Below are positions 30,346 to 38,503 of a stretch of 64,000 nt of DNA, piece by piece. The DNA comes from Candidatus Aenigmatarchaeota archaeon. GTDB taxonomy: Archaea; Aenigmatarchaeota; Aenigmatarchaeia; QMZS01. The translations under genes were made by a program, and so were the position numbers. The stretch lies in NCBI GenBank assembly GCA_016932615.1, contig JAFGCN010000009.1, positions 146,167-210,166 on the forward strand, in the 5' to 3' direction. The notes under the pieces are model-generated. The model saw only the letters and a list, made by a program, of their open reading frames with translations, did not search any database and was not told where the DNA came from. The first letter of the stretch is position 1. Every line of letters begins with the position of its first letter.

Positions 30346-31929
30346 ATGGTTGATTTTGGACGTCCTGAACTTGGCTTTAGGTTTCACCATGCTGTGGAAA
30401 TACTAAATGACGCAATCAGAAACGAGCCCGCCCTTAGGAAATTCAGGGAAAAGAATTTTATCGTGAAAGACGAAACTATCCTGAATCATGACCATCAACT
30501 AAATGAGATGTGCAAGGTCTTGGGTTATTCTTATCTGCCCCATAATGCTAATAAGGTAGTTTCTGAGATATGGAATATTTACGGTGCCGTATTTGAGTTT
30601 GTAGATCACTTCGAGCGGGATGGCTACTCCAAGGCAGGGGGACCTTCAGACGTTTTATGGAAAACCGACTCGGTTAATGTACTTTCCGAACTGCGCCAGC
30701 GCCTTGCTGGAGAGGGAATTACAGAGCAGCACCTCACTGCCGCCCTTTCCGGTTTTGGGGGGCATGGCGGCGGAGGTGGAGGGGGCGCCGCTCCGGCTGG
30801 CTCGAACCCGGCAGAAGGCGCGGCGCATGAAGCAAAAAACGCAGCGGAAAAAGCTGAGGAAGCTGCGGAAAAGGTAGAGGAAGAAGAAAAGAAGCTCGAG
30901 CTTGATGAGAAGAAAATTAAGGAAGAGGAAGAAGAGCTTAAGAAAACATTTGACAGCATAGAAAAGCACAAGCTGCACAACCTCGAGCAAAAGGAGATAA
31001 AGGAAATCGAATCGGGGGGCAAGAGGTCCTTTAGGAGGTTTTCTCTAGGTACTGTCCGTTTGATGAGCAAGATTCACTTCGACGCGTTTTTGACTCTTGG
31101 AGGAATGCTTTTTGGAGGATACCTGACTGTCGGGGGCTACTTTGTGATGGGTCTTCCCGTCTTTATTGCCTCTGCGCTTATCGGGTGGAGGAACGGATAC
31201 TTCCGCAACATTGTAAACTCATTTTTGAGGCCTGCAGGGGACTTTGCGATGAGCAGCATTCCGCTTTCGATACTTGTGTTTATTGCTGGCTGGTACTTCG
31301 TGAGGTTTTTCACAATGGCGGCAAATATCGAGATGTTTGACACCTTCCAGTTTTCCCTCATTGCTTTTGCTAATACCTTATTTTTGATTTACCTTTGGGT
31401 TGGAGCGACTCCCAAGGACACATTGCCAGTAATGTTGCCAAGAAAAGAGCCAGCGCCGTCGGGTTCCGGTGGAGGAACTCCTGCTTCGGCAAGCCCGGCA
31501 GATAAGAGGGGCGCCGAAGAGAAGACTGAGGATGGAGTGAATGGGGGTTCTGAAGGAGGGTCTAAGGAGGGTGGACCTCCAGTGGTCAGGAGACTTGGTG
31601 GAACCTCCAAGAGTGTGGGTTCAGATGCTTATTTGGACCAGCAGGACATATCCCCCGAAGAAAGGGCGCTTAGGGAACAGGAAATAGAGAACAAAATGCA
31701 GAGGGAGATGCGTGATTTCAATAATGAGCAGGAGAAGCGTACAGAGCAGAAAATGGAGTCTGCCTTTGCGGGTCTTGAAATGATGGAAAAACAGGCAGAG
31801 GAAGAGAAAAAGCTTGAGGAAGAGCGGCTCAAGAAGGAGCGAGAGGCATTTAGGGAAGAAAAGGAAATGGTAGACAAAACAGTTTCGGAGGCAAGGAGAG
31901 CGCAAAGGTCTCCTAACTCCGGGTGGTGA
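30346..31929 (+). CDS. Membrane protein with about four central TM helices, flanked by a Gly run and K/E-rich coiled-coil tails.
   Basis: GGHGGGGGGGAAP, EEEKKLELDEKKIKEEEEELKK, and the TM cluster FLTLGGMLFGGYLTVGGYFVMGLPVFIASALIGW...LSILVFIAGWYFV. Confidence 0.45.
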   Translation: MVDFGRPELGFRFHHAVEILNDAIRNEPALRKFREKNFIVKDETILNHDHQLNEMCKVLGYSYLPHNANKVVSEIWNIYGAVFEFVDHFERDGYSKAGGPSDVLWKTDSVNVLSELRQRLAGEGITEQHLTAALSGFGGHGGGGGGGAAPAGSNPAEGAAHEAKNAAEKAEEAAEKVEEEEKKLELDEKKIKEEEEELKKTFDSIEKHKLHNLEQKEIKEIESGGKRSFRRFSLGTVRLMSKIHFDAFLTLGGMLFGGYLTVGGYFVMGLPVFIASALIGWRNGYFRNIVNSFLRPAGDFAMSSIPLSILVFIAGWYFVRFFTMAANIEMFDTFQFSLIAFANTLFLIYLWVGATPKDTLPVMLPRKEPAPSGSGGGTPASASPADKRGAEEKTEDGVNGGSEGGSKEGGPPVVRRLGGTSKSVGSDAYLDQQDISPEERALREQEIENKMQREMRDFNNEQEKRTEQKMESAFAGLEMMEKQAEEEKKLEEERLKKEREAFREEKEMVDKTVSEARRAQRSPNSGW

Positions 31930-31931
31930 CT

Positions 31932-33728
31932 ATGGTAGACCAAACCGTTTTCATTGTGGGGGGCGTAGTTTTTGTCGTAATCTTAGTTTACCTTATTTCC
32001 ATACGGGACCGGCTATATTTCAAAAAGACCGATGCTGATTCCTACTGGAGAGGCGCGGGAAGAGAGCCATATAACCGGTCGCTTCCGAACGCAACAATCT
32101 GCGGCATTATAATTTCGCTTTGCACGATGCTTTTTTTGAACTACTTCCATGACTGGAACGGGCTTGGGGGGATGGTTGTAATTGACGCAGTCCTTGTTTT
32201 GCTTGTCGCTTACCCCGCGAGAAATCCCCTTCTTGCTGTTGGCGTCTTGGCTGCTTTTGTCCTTCCTGTCGGCTACTTTGGCTACGGTACTTATGCTGAA
32301 TATATAATCACGCCCCTGACAGAAGCGACGGGAGTCGAAAATTTCGATGAGCTGAAAACAATGACCTCGCACACGCTTCACTGCACACTTCTCATAATGA
32401 CCGACCAGCAGGCATACGATGAGGAGTGCGTGATGAATGACCAGCAAAAGGAGGTCGAGCAGCAGCCCGAAGACCTGGGGCTTGAAGTTACCGGCAAAAG
32501 AATCTTCCCTGAAAAGGAAATCGCTGCCGGCGACCCGATTGAGATTTCCCTTGAGTTTGAAAACCAGGGCGGCTATGAGGCAAAAAACGTGGAGATTTCG
32601 GTAGACACGACTGAAGACGTGAAATTCAGGGTCTGCGAGGAAGAGGTATTCAAGGAAGTCCTAAGTAAGCCGAGCCAGAAACACGAGCTTGTAAGGCCGA
32701 CCGAGAACGGCCAATACCGGCTTATTGGCAAGGTTTCTGACCCCTGGATGATTGACAACTGCACATACGCAAAAAACAAGCCGTTTATAACCGCGAAAAT
32801 GAGGACCCTTTTCTCGTATGACTATGAGACTGAGGCAAAGCTGCCTCTTGAGATAATAAAGAGTTTGAATGAAACCCACCAGTATAATGTTGTTACTGCA
32901 AAGGAAGCGGCAGCTCCGATGGCAATTCTCATGCACACTACAACTCCTCTTTCCGCGGAAGACACCGACTACAATTACCGTATAATACAGGTGCGGCTCC
33001 AGAAGGACTATGACGGCGGAACGATAACTTTCAGGGGCAAGTATGACACTATGGACAGCATCTACCGGGTTGGCGATGGGGCTTTGGATACACTTTACAA
33101 AGCATATGAGGATTACCCCGAAAACCCCATTTCATCTGAGTGGAAATGGATTAAGGGTTCTGAGTATTATGACTTCTGCGTTGACAAGGCAGACCCCACA
33201 AAGAGGATTTCCGCAAAAGACGCGCTTGACTGCGCAAGTGAGCATTATCAGTCATGTCAGGATGGTGAAGACCCTGCAAAAACAATTGCCGCAACCGATG
33301 CAGAGGACTGCCACAATAAGCGGGGAACGCCGGTGATAATTACCGGAGAGCCGATTTACAAGGCAAGGGCGCAAATGGAAAGGTCCGGGACGGTTATGGA
33401 TGAAGTGACAATTACTTGCGCGGGCGGCGACAACTGCCAATACCTTGCGCTAAGCTGCAATGGCCAGGCAAGCGAAGAAGAAGGAACCGGCGGCTGCATC
33501 TGCCAGGACGGGGTATGCACGATCAAGTATGTTGGCGGCAAAGGAGACCTCAGGCTGGAAAAGAAGGGCGACCCGGAAATATTATACGGGCGGCTGAAGG
33601 TTGAGGTCACTGGGTTCCCTGACGATGGCCTGTCCAATACAATCACAGTAGATCTCCGGGCAAAGGCGACGTATAATGTGCTTTACGATGACGCAACCAC
33701 TATGACTATTATAAGCCCCCACCAGTAA
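31932..33728 (+). CDS. Membrane protein with about four N-terminal TM helices and a large Cys-rich extracytoplasmic domain.
   Basis: The ORF-track start at 31923 is GTG. The ATG at 31932 sits 2 nt after the upstream stop. Cys-rich C-terminus (CAGGDNCQYLALSCNGQASEEEGTGGCICQDGVC). Confidence 0.5.
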   Translation: MVDQTVFIVGGVVFVVILVYLISIRDRLYFKKTDADSYWRGAGREPYNRSLPNATICGIIISLCTMLFLNYFHDWNGLGGMVVIDAVLVLLVAYPARNPLLAVGVLAAFVLPVGYFGYGTYAEYIITPLTEATGVENFDELKTMTSHTLHCTLLIMTDQQAYDEECVMNDQQKEVEQQPEDLGLEVTGKRIFPEKEIAAGDPIEISLEFENQGGYEAKNVEISVDTTEDVKFRVCEEEVFKEVLSKPSQKHELVRPTENGQYRLIGKVSDPWMIDNCTYAKNKPFITAKMRTLFSYDYETEAKLPLEIIKSLNETHQYNVVTAKEAAAPMAILMHTTTPLSAEDTDYNYRIIQVRLQKDYDGGTITFRGKYDTMDSIYRVGDGALDTLYKAYEDYPENPISSEWKWIKGSEYYDFCVDKADPTKRISAKDALDCASEHYQSCQDGEDPAKTIAATDAEDCHNKRGTPVIITGEPIYKARAQMERSGTVMDEVTITCAGGDNCQYLALSCNGQASEEEGTGGCICQDGVCTIKYVGGKGDLRLEKKGDPEILYGRLKVEVTGFPDDGLSNTITVDLRAKATYNVLYDDATTMTIISPHQ

Positions 33729-33735
33729 GTATAAT

Positions 33736-34098
33736 ATGGCTGAAGATTCCGTCGAGGGCTACAAGCAGGCAATACTTGTGAGGACTGACCTGAAGATGGG
33801 AAAGGGAAAGATTGCCGCCCAGGCGTCGCACGCAAGTCTGGCTGCCTATGAAAAGGTGGATTCCAGAATAAAGCGCAAATGGAAGGCGCAGGGCTGCAAG
33901 AAGATTGTTCTTAAGGTGAATGGCGAAAAAGAGCTTTTGGCTTTTCGGCGCATGGCGGGAGAGAGGGGCCTGCCAAATGAGCTGATAATGGACGCGGGCC
34001 TGACTCAGATACCTTCTTCAACAATAACCTGCCTTGGGATAGGGCCTGCCGAGGAGGAAAGAGTTGATAAACTGGTCGGCAATTTGAAGCTATTGTAG
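33736..34098 (+). CDS. pth2: Peptidyl-tRNA hydrolase, archaeal/eukaryotic type (Pth2).
   Basis: LVRTDLKMGKGKIAAQASHASLAAY...KIVLKV...GLTQIP..TITCLGIGP is the Pth2 family signature, and the ~120-aa size fits. Confidence 0.8.
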   Translation: MAEDSVEGYKQAILVRTDLKMGKGKIAAQASHASLAAYEKVDSRIKRKWKAQGCKKIVLKVNGEKELLAFRRMAGERGLPNELIMDAGLTQIPSSTITCLGIGPAEEERVDKLVGNLKLL

Positions 34099-34107
34099 GA
34101 TAATTTT

Positions 34108-34824
34108 ATGCTATACCTGATTGGAGCGGGGCTGTGGGATGAGGGAGACATAGCCCTCAAAGGTCTTGAAGCTGCCCGGAAGTGCAGCAGGGTTTATTTT
34201 GAGAGGTACACAAGCTTGTGGAAGGGAGACCTTGAAAAGATTGGGCTGAAGGCAGAGGATTTTGCCAGGCCTGACATGGAGGATAATATGTCAAAACTCA
34301 TTGGCGAGGCAAAGGAAAAAGATGTATGTGTTCTCGTGCCGGGTGACCCCCTGATTGCCACGACGCACTCGTCAATCATTACTGAAGCCAGAAAGGAGGG
34401 CGTTAAGGTGGAAGTAATCCACTCAAGCTCCATATTTTCAGCCCTTGGCGAGACGGGCCTGCAGGTCTACAAGTTTGGCAGGACTGCCACGATTCCCCAC
34501 TACGAGACCGATGCGCCATATAAGATTTTGGAGCAGAACCTGTGGATAGGGGCGCACTCTCTCTTTTTGCTGGATATTCAGGGCCAGGAGCTTATGAAGT
34601 GCTCGGAAGGGCTAAAGAAGCTTCTTGAGATGGAGGGGCGGGGCAAAAAGGGCATAATCTCCGAGGACACGGAAGTGCTTGTCTTTTGCAGGGCAGGAAG
34701 CCCCGAAAAAGCGCTGAAGTGGGGCAAAGTCCGGGATTTTCTTGATTTTGACTGCACATTATGCGTGATTATTGTCCCGGGGCCGCTTCATTTTGCTGAG
34801 AGGGAGTACTTAGAGCAGCTTTAA
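34108..34824 (+). CDS. dph5: Diphthine synthase, the EF-2 diphthamide biosynthesis methyltransferase (tetrapyrrole-methylase fold).
   Basis: MLYLIGAGLWDEGDIALKGLEAARKCSRVYFERYTS is the characteristic N-terminus of diphthine synthases. Confidence 0.8.
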   Translation: MLYLIGAGLWDEGDIALKGLEAARKCSRVYFERYTSLWKGDLEKIGLKAEDFARPDMEDNMSKLIGEAKEKDVCVLVPGDPLIATTHSSIITEARKEGVKVEVIHSSSIFSALGETGLQVYKFGRTATIPHYETDAPYKILEQNLWIGAHSLFLLDIQGQELMKCSEGLKKLLEMEGRGKKGIISEDTEVLVFCRAGSPEKALKWGKVRDFLDFDCTLCVIIVPGPLHFAEREYLEQL

Positions 34825-34861
34825 AGATGGGGTTTTAAGTTTATTTCCTAACCTACTTTAT

Positions 34862-35126
34862 GCCCCTGTAGTCTAGCTCGGTCCAGGATATCGCCCTTTC
34901 GAGCAGGCCCTTCTTTGAAAAGGAGGCCTGGCGCACCCAAGAAAACATATTTCAAGGGATGGGAAAGGTTTGAGGCCGAACAGGCCGATGACAAGGAGAC
35001 AGGCGGAGACCCGGGGTCATTCCTTCTTTTAGAAAAAGAAGGTCTGACAACTCCAAGAAAAGGAGGTTACCGCTTCGCGAAATTCAGACGTGAAGTGGGT
35101 AGGGAATTCAAATCCCGGCAGGGGCA
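34862..35126 (+). tRNA. tRNA-Glu(UUC) with two long introns: ~99 nt after position 37 of the anticodon loop (34902..35000), and ~91 nt in the T-arm between the T-stem and T-loop (35016..35106).
   Basis: Acceptor GCCCCTG (34862-34868) pairs with CAGGGGC (35119-35125). Anticodon stem TCGCC/GGCGG with loop CTTTCG|..|A. T-stem CCGGG (35011-15) pairs with CCCGG (35114-18), with the canonical T-loop TTCAAAT. Discriminator A. The pairings were found by eye only. Confidence 0.6.
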
Positions 35127-35167
35127 AATTTCAAATTCAGTCTTTTAAACTAAATAGTGATTTATAG

Positions 35168-35359
35168 ATGGAAGGAACAGTAAAATTCTTCAATGTAATG
35201 AAGAACTTTGGGTTCATAAGCGGTGAAGACGGAAAGGACTACTTTGTTCACTCAAGCGCGTTGAAAGAAGGCACTATGCTTGGCGAGGGAGACAAGGTTT
35301 CTTTTGAGCCGGTACGAGGCGACAAAGGAATGAAGGCAGAAAAAGTTCAGAAATTATAG
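35168..35359 (+). CDS. csp: Cold-shock domain protein (CspA family).
   Basis: GTVKFFNVMKNFGFISGEDGKDYFVHSSAL...EGDKVSFEPVRGDKGMKA aligns with the CspA RNP1/RNP2 motifs (KGFGFI, VFVHF). Confidence 0.75.
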   Translation: MEGTVKFFNVMKNFGFISGEDGKDYFVHSSALKEGTMLGEGDKVSFEPVRGDKGMKAEKVQKL

Positions 35360-35570
35360 TTCTAGTGCGGAAATATAGTTTTGAGACAAATGAGTTTAGT
35401 TTTGGTTTTTGCAGGTTTTTTGAAGTATTGGGTTTTGGCTCGTCCCTGAAGGACGGGGTTTTGTCAGCCCGTGGGCAAATGGTTGCCTGTCCAGTTTGCA
35501 TTATCTGCCTTGAATTTTCGACAAAAAACGACATAATGCGCGTTTAAATACCCTCGGGCACGGTCTGATT

Positions 35571-36065
35571 ATGGAAGAAAAAACTTCTGGAGGGGATTTT
35601 CCGGTTCCGGCAGCTGAAAGGCCAGAGAGCCCGAAGTACGCCTCCCAGAGTTCGGATGCTGAAGAACTTATGAAACAGATTATCGCTCTGAAGAATGAAA
35701 TGGTTGACTACTGGGCTGACCGGAGGGGGGACGCTTCGGACGTAATCGGGAAGTTTTTTGGTGAAAGAGAGTACGGGTATGTTTTTACGGACAGAAGGGG
35801 ATCACCTTTGGGCTATTACACCATAAAGGTCGATTCAACAGGCAGGATCGTGGGCTACCGGGACGGGATTTCCGAAAATTCGGTCATGGTAGTTGAGGTT
35901 CCTTACGACCTTACGCGGGATATTGTCGAGGACATTTATGAGGATTCCAGATTCCCGAGGGATTGGATTTCGGCGACGATGAAGAAGGCTCCAAAGGTCG
36001 TTTCGGGGCTCAGGAAGGGCAAGGTAAAGGTTCGATCCGCTTCCCACTACAAGGGCAGAATCTAG
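35571..36065 (+). CDS. Hypothetical protein.
   Basis: ORF with plausible coding composition and no recognisable motif. Confidence 0.4.
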   Translation: MEEKTSGGDFPVPAAERPESPKYASQSSDAEELMKQIIALKNEMVDYWADRRGDASDVIGKFFGEREYGYVFTDRRGSPLGYYTIKVDSTGRIVGYRDGISENSVMVVEVPYDLTRDIVEDIYEDSRFPRDWISATMKKAPKVVSGLRKGKVKVRSASHYKGRI

Positions 36066-36104
36066 GTTGGGGGTCTGGTTTGTTAAATAGCAGCGAGTAT
36101 TATT

Positions 36105-36788
36105 ATGGCTAGGAGAATTCCGGCAATTTCTGCTAAAACGGCATTTCCTGCAATACTTGCCCTTGTTTTTATCCTGGCGGCATCCTTTTGCATCCAGATG
36201 TACAACGAAAATGCGCCTTTTCCAGGCATTTCGAAAACCCCTTCGGGCACAGATGACCTGAAAAATGGCCTTGGCAATGGAGAAACTTCTTCCAGCGGCC
36301 AGAATTCTGGAGAATCGGGTGAAGAAGGCGATGAAGATGATGAAGAGGAAGAAGAAGGAGATGATAGTAGAGGCACTGGGGGAGCTCCCGGCGGAGGCGG
36401 AGGAGCTTCGGGTGATGGCGGCGGAGGTGGCGGCGCACCTTCAGCAATAATAAACTTTACTAATATCGAAGACCCGGACCCGAAAATCAGGGTAATTTCC
36501 TCCTACAAGTGCGGCTCTGACATATGTTTTCAGGTAAAGGCCGCAGACGACAACCTTGTGGATATTTCCATGTCGGGGCTTGAAACCTATATAAACAGCG
36601 AACCGGTGTCCCCTATCGACTGGGAGGGTGGTGTAAGCGGCTCTTCGTGCATTTCAACGGAATTTCTTGAGCCGGGGCAGAGCTGTTTTGGCAAGATACT
36701 TTCCGCAGAGTGCCTTTCAACGGACATCTTCAGGGTTATTATTCCACTGGGCTTCGAGGCCTGGTCATATATATCCGAATGCGGCTGA
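36105..36788 (+). CDS. Secreted or membrane-anchored protein with acidic and Gly-rich low-complexity regions.
   Basis: N-terminal TM/signal, then GEEGDEDDEEEEEGDD and GGGGGASGDGGGGGGAP, then a C-terminal Cys-containing domain. Confidence 0.4.
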   Translation: MARRIPAISAKTAFPAILALVFILAASFCIQMYNENAPFPGISKTPSGTDDLKNGLGNGETSSSGQNSGESGEEGDEDDEEEEEGDDSRGTGGAPGGGGGASGDGGGGGGAPSAIINFTNIEDPDPKIRVISSYKCGSDICFQVKAADDNLVDISMSGLETYINSEPVSPIDWEGGVSGSSCISTEFLEPGQSCFGKILSAECLSTDIFRVIIPLGFEAWSYISECG

Positions 36789-36833
36789 TTTTGCCCAAAA
36801 AACTAGAATTAAGAACTTTTCAATTTAAGTTAT

Positions 36834-37108
36834 GCCGAGGTGGCGGAGCGGTTAACGCGCCTGGCTTGAGTGAAGCTTTTCTTTCCAAAGAAAAGCCCCA
36901 TGCGCAAAAGAAAGGATTATTCGAAAAAGCCCCGGGCTTTTTCATAAATCCGGCGCACTTAAAGCCTAGGAAACCAGGTTCCCACAAGGAGCGCAGGTAA
37001 AGACTTTCTTTTAGAAAAAGAAAGTCCTTAACGTCAAAGAAAACCAAATTCGCATATCACCGCGAAGTTGGCTGATTGGCGGTCTGCAATCGAATCCTGC
37101 CCTCGGCG
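36834..37108 (+). tRNA. tRNA-Ser(UGA)-like type II tRNA with two long introns: ~102 nt at the anticodon-loop 37/38 site (36871..36972) and ~91 nt in the T-arm/T-loop (36999..37089).
   Basis: Acceptor GCCGAGG (36834-40) pairs with CCTCGGC (37101-07). D-arm GCG/AGCGGTTAA/CGC. Anticodon stem CCTGG (36860-64) pairs with CCAGG (36974-78), with loop CTTGAG|..|A. Variable arm TTCCCACAAGGAGC. T-stem GCAGG (36993-97) pairs with CCTGC (37096-37100), with the T-loop T|..|TCGAAT. Discriminator G. Confidence 0.55.
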
Positions 37109-37128
37109 ATTATATTTCTCTCTAAATT

Positions 37129-37698
37129 ATGGACGACACAGAAAGAGCCATTGGCGTGCTAAAGCTGGGGGGAGTTATCGCTTACCCAACGGACACAGTC
37201 TACGGCCTTGGTGCAAACATCTTTGATGAGAATGCCATCAGGCGCGTTTTTGAAGTTAAAAGAAGGCCGCTTGGTAAGCCCATTTCGGTCATGGTTTCAG
37301 GCATTGAGATGCTTGAGCGGGTCGCTTACCTGTCGCCTGAAAACCGCAGTATTGCCAAAGAGCTTCTTCCGGGGCCGGTAACACTCATACTTCCTGCGAC
37401 AGAATTTGTCTCGACCCTTCTGACGGGCGGCACGGGGACAATCGGGGTGCGCTGGATTGAAAGCGATACAGTAAACAAAATTATCCTTGGCGCGGGCTTT
37501 CCGATAACAGCAACTTCGGCAAACTTGGCTGGAGGGTCGGACGCAAAGACGCCTGAAGAGCTGGCCGTGGAGCCGGATTTTGTTTTAACCGGAAACTGCG
37601 GGCTTGGGCAGCCCTCGACAGTGGTTGACCTGGTCGGAAAAAGAATCCTGAGGGAAGGCGCAGGGCTTGAAAAGGTAAAGCAGGCCTTAGAAGAATAG
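37129..37698 (+). CDS. tsaC: L-threonylcarbamoyladenylate synthase (YrdC/Sua5 domain, t6A biosynthesis).
   Basis: LKLGGVIAYPTDTVYGLGANIFDENAIRRVFEVKRRPLGKPISVMV is the YrdC signature. Confidence 0.75.
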   Translation: MDDTERAIGVLKLGGVIAYPTDTVYGLGANIFDENAIRRVFEVKRRPLGKPISVMVSGIEMLERVAYLSPENRSIAKELLPGPVTLILPATEFVSTLLTGGTGTIGVRWIESDTVNKIILGAGFPITATSANLAGGSDAKTPEELAVEPDFVLTGNCGLGQPSTVVDLVGKRILREGAGLEKVKQALEE

Positions 37699-37728
37699 AA
37701 GGTCTATTTTTAAATTGCAGATTAACTT

Positions 37729-38382
37729 ATGGCGAAAAGGCGCGTTCATGCAAAGGCAGAAACAGGTACTTTGAAAGAGCAGGAGGAAAAGCCAAAAAAA
37801 CCAAACAACCTGAAAATTGCCTTGTTGGGCCTGCTTGTGTTTATAATTATTTTTGGAGCATTTTTTATGGCAGGAAAAACCGCGCCTGGAAACGAAAATG
37901 CAGCCAAAAGAGTGCTTCTTGAGACTAATATGGGAAACATCACGATAGAGCTTTATTCCAATATGCCGATAACTGCCGGAAACTTCGAGAACCTTGTCAA
38001 AAATGGCACTTATGATGGGACAGTATTTCACAGGGTCATAGCCGACTTTATGATTCAGGGCGGCGACCCTACAGGAACCGGCTACGGCGACCCGAAGATT
38101 CCAAAAATCCAGGATGAGTTCGTGAACGGAAGCACAAATGTCAGGGGAACCATTTCAATGGCAAACACAGGCCAGCCGAATTCCGGCTCAAGCCAGTTTT
38201 TCATAAACCTTGTTGACAATACCTTTCTAGACTGGGACAAGCCCCCTGCATCGAGCAGGCACCCGGTTTTCGGAAAAGTCGTCGAGGGTATGGACGTCGT
38301 GGACAAAATTGGAAAAGTCCAGACCGGTCCTGGCGACAGGCCGGCAAATGAAGTCAAAATCATCCGCGCTACCGTAATTTAG
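37729..38382 (+). CDS. ppiB: Cyclophilin-type peptidyl-prolyl cis-trans isomerase with an N-terminal membrane anchor.
   Basis: HRVIADFMIQGGDPTGTGYGD...ISMANTGQPNSGSSQFFINL...HPVFGKVVEGMDVVDKI are the cyclophilin core motifs. N-terminal TM LKIALLGLLVFIIIFGAFFMA. Confidence 0.8.
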   Translation: MAKRRVHAKAETGTLKEQEEKPKKPNNLKIALLGLLVFIIIFGAFFMAGKTAPGNENAAKRVLLETNMGNITIELYSNMPITAGNFENLVKNGTYDGTVFHRVIADFMIQGGDPTGTGYGDPKIPKIQDEFVNGSTNVRGTISMANTGQPNSGSSQFFINLVDNTFLDWDKPPASSRHPVFGKVVEGMDVVDKIGKVQTGPGDRPANEVKIIRATVI

Positions 38383-38503
38383 CTTATTTTGGGCTTAAAC
38401 GACCTCAATTGGAAAGGATGAGTGCTGGGTCTGCCAAAACTGCGCCCAATTGTAAGGGAGAAGCTAAAGGAGATAAATTTGAAGATTTAACAGGTCTGCC
38501 AGT

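Noticed and set aside
34902-35106. C/D-box sRNAs embedded in the tRNA introns, as in euryarchaeal tRNA-Trp.
   Set aside because: Only partial matches were found (CGATGAC, isolated CTGA). No properly spaced C/D plus C'/D' set was seen.
34915-35148. 77-aa + strand ORF in the ORF track.
   Set aside because: It lies entirely inside the two-intron tRNA-Glu locus, has a Lys/Arg/Gly-rich composition, and has no start context. It is a spurious ORF across an RNA gene.
36710-37047. ORFs 36710..37000 (+) and 36820..37047 (-).
   Set aside because: They overlap the tRNA-Ser(UGA) gene and its introns. Their sequences are low-complexity and have no homology signals.
36834-37108. Alternative reading of this locus as an SRP (7S) RNA, because of GGAAACCAGG and AAGGAGCGCAGG stretches that resemble the helix-8 region.
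   Set aside because: The full set of tRNA stems fits perfectly, including a 7-bp acceptor at the extreme ends and reconstitution of the canonical TTCGAAT T-loop. The conserved SRP helix-8 AGCAG/GNAR arrangement is not recoverable.
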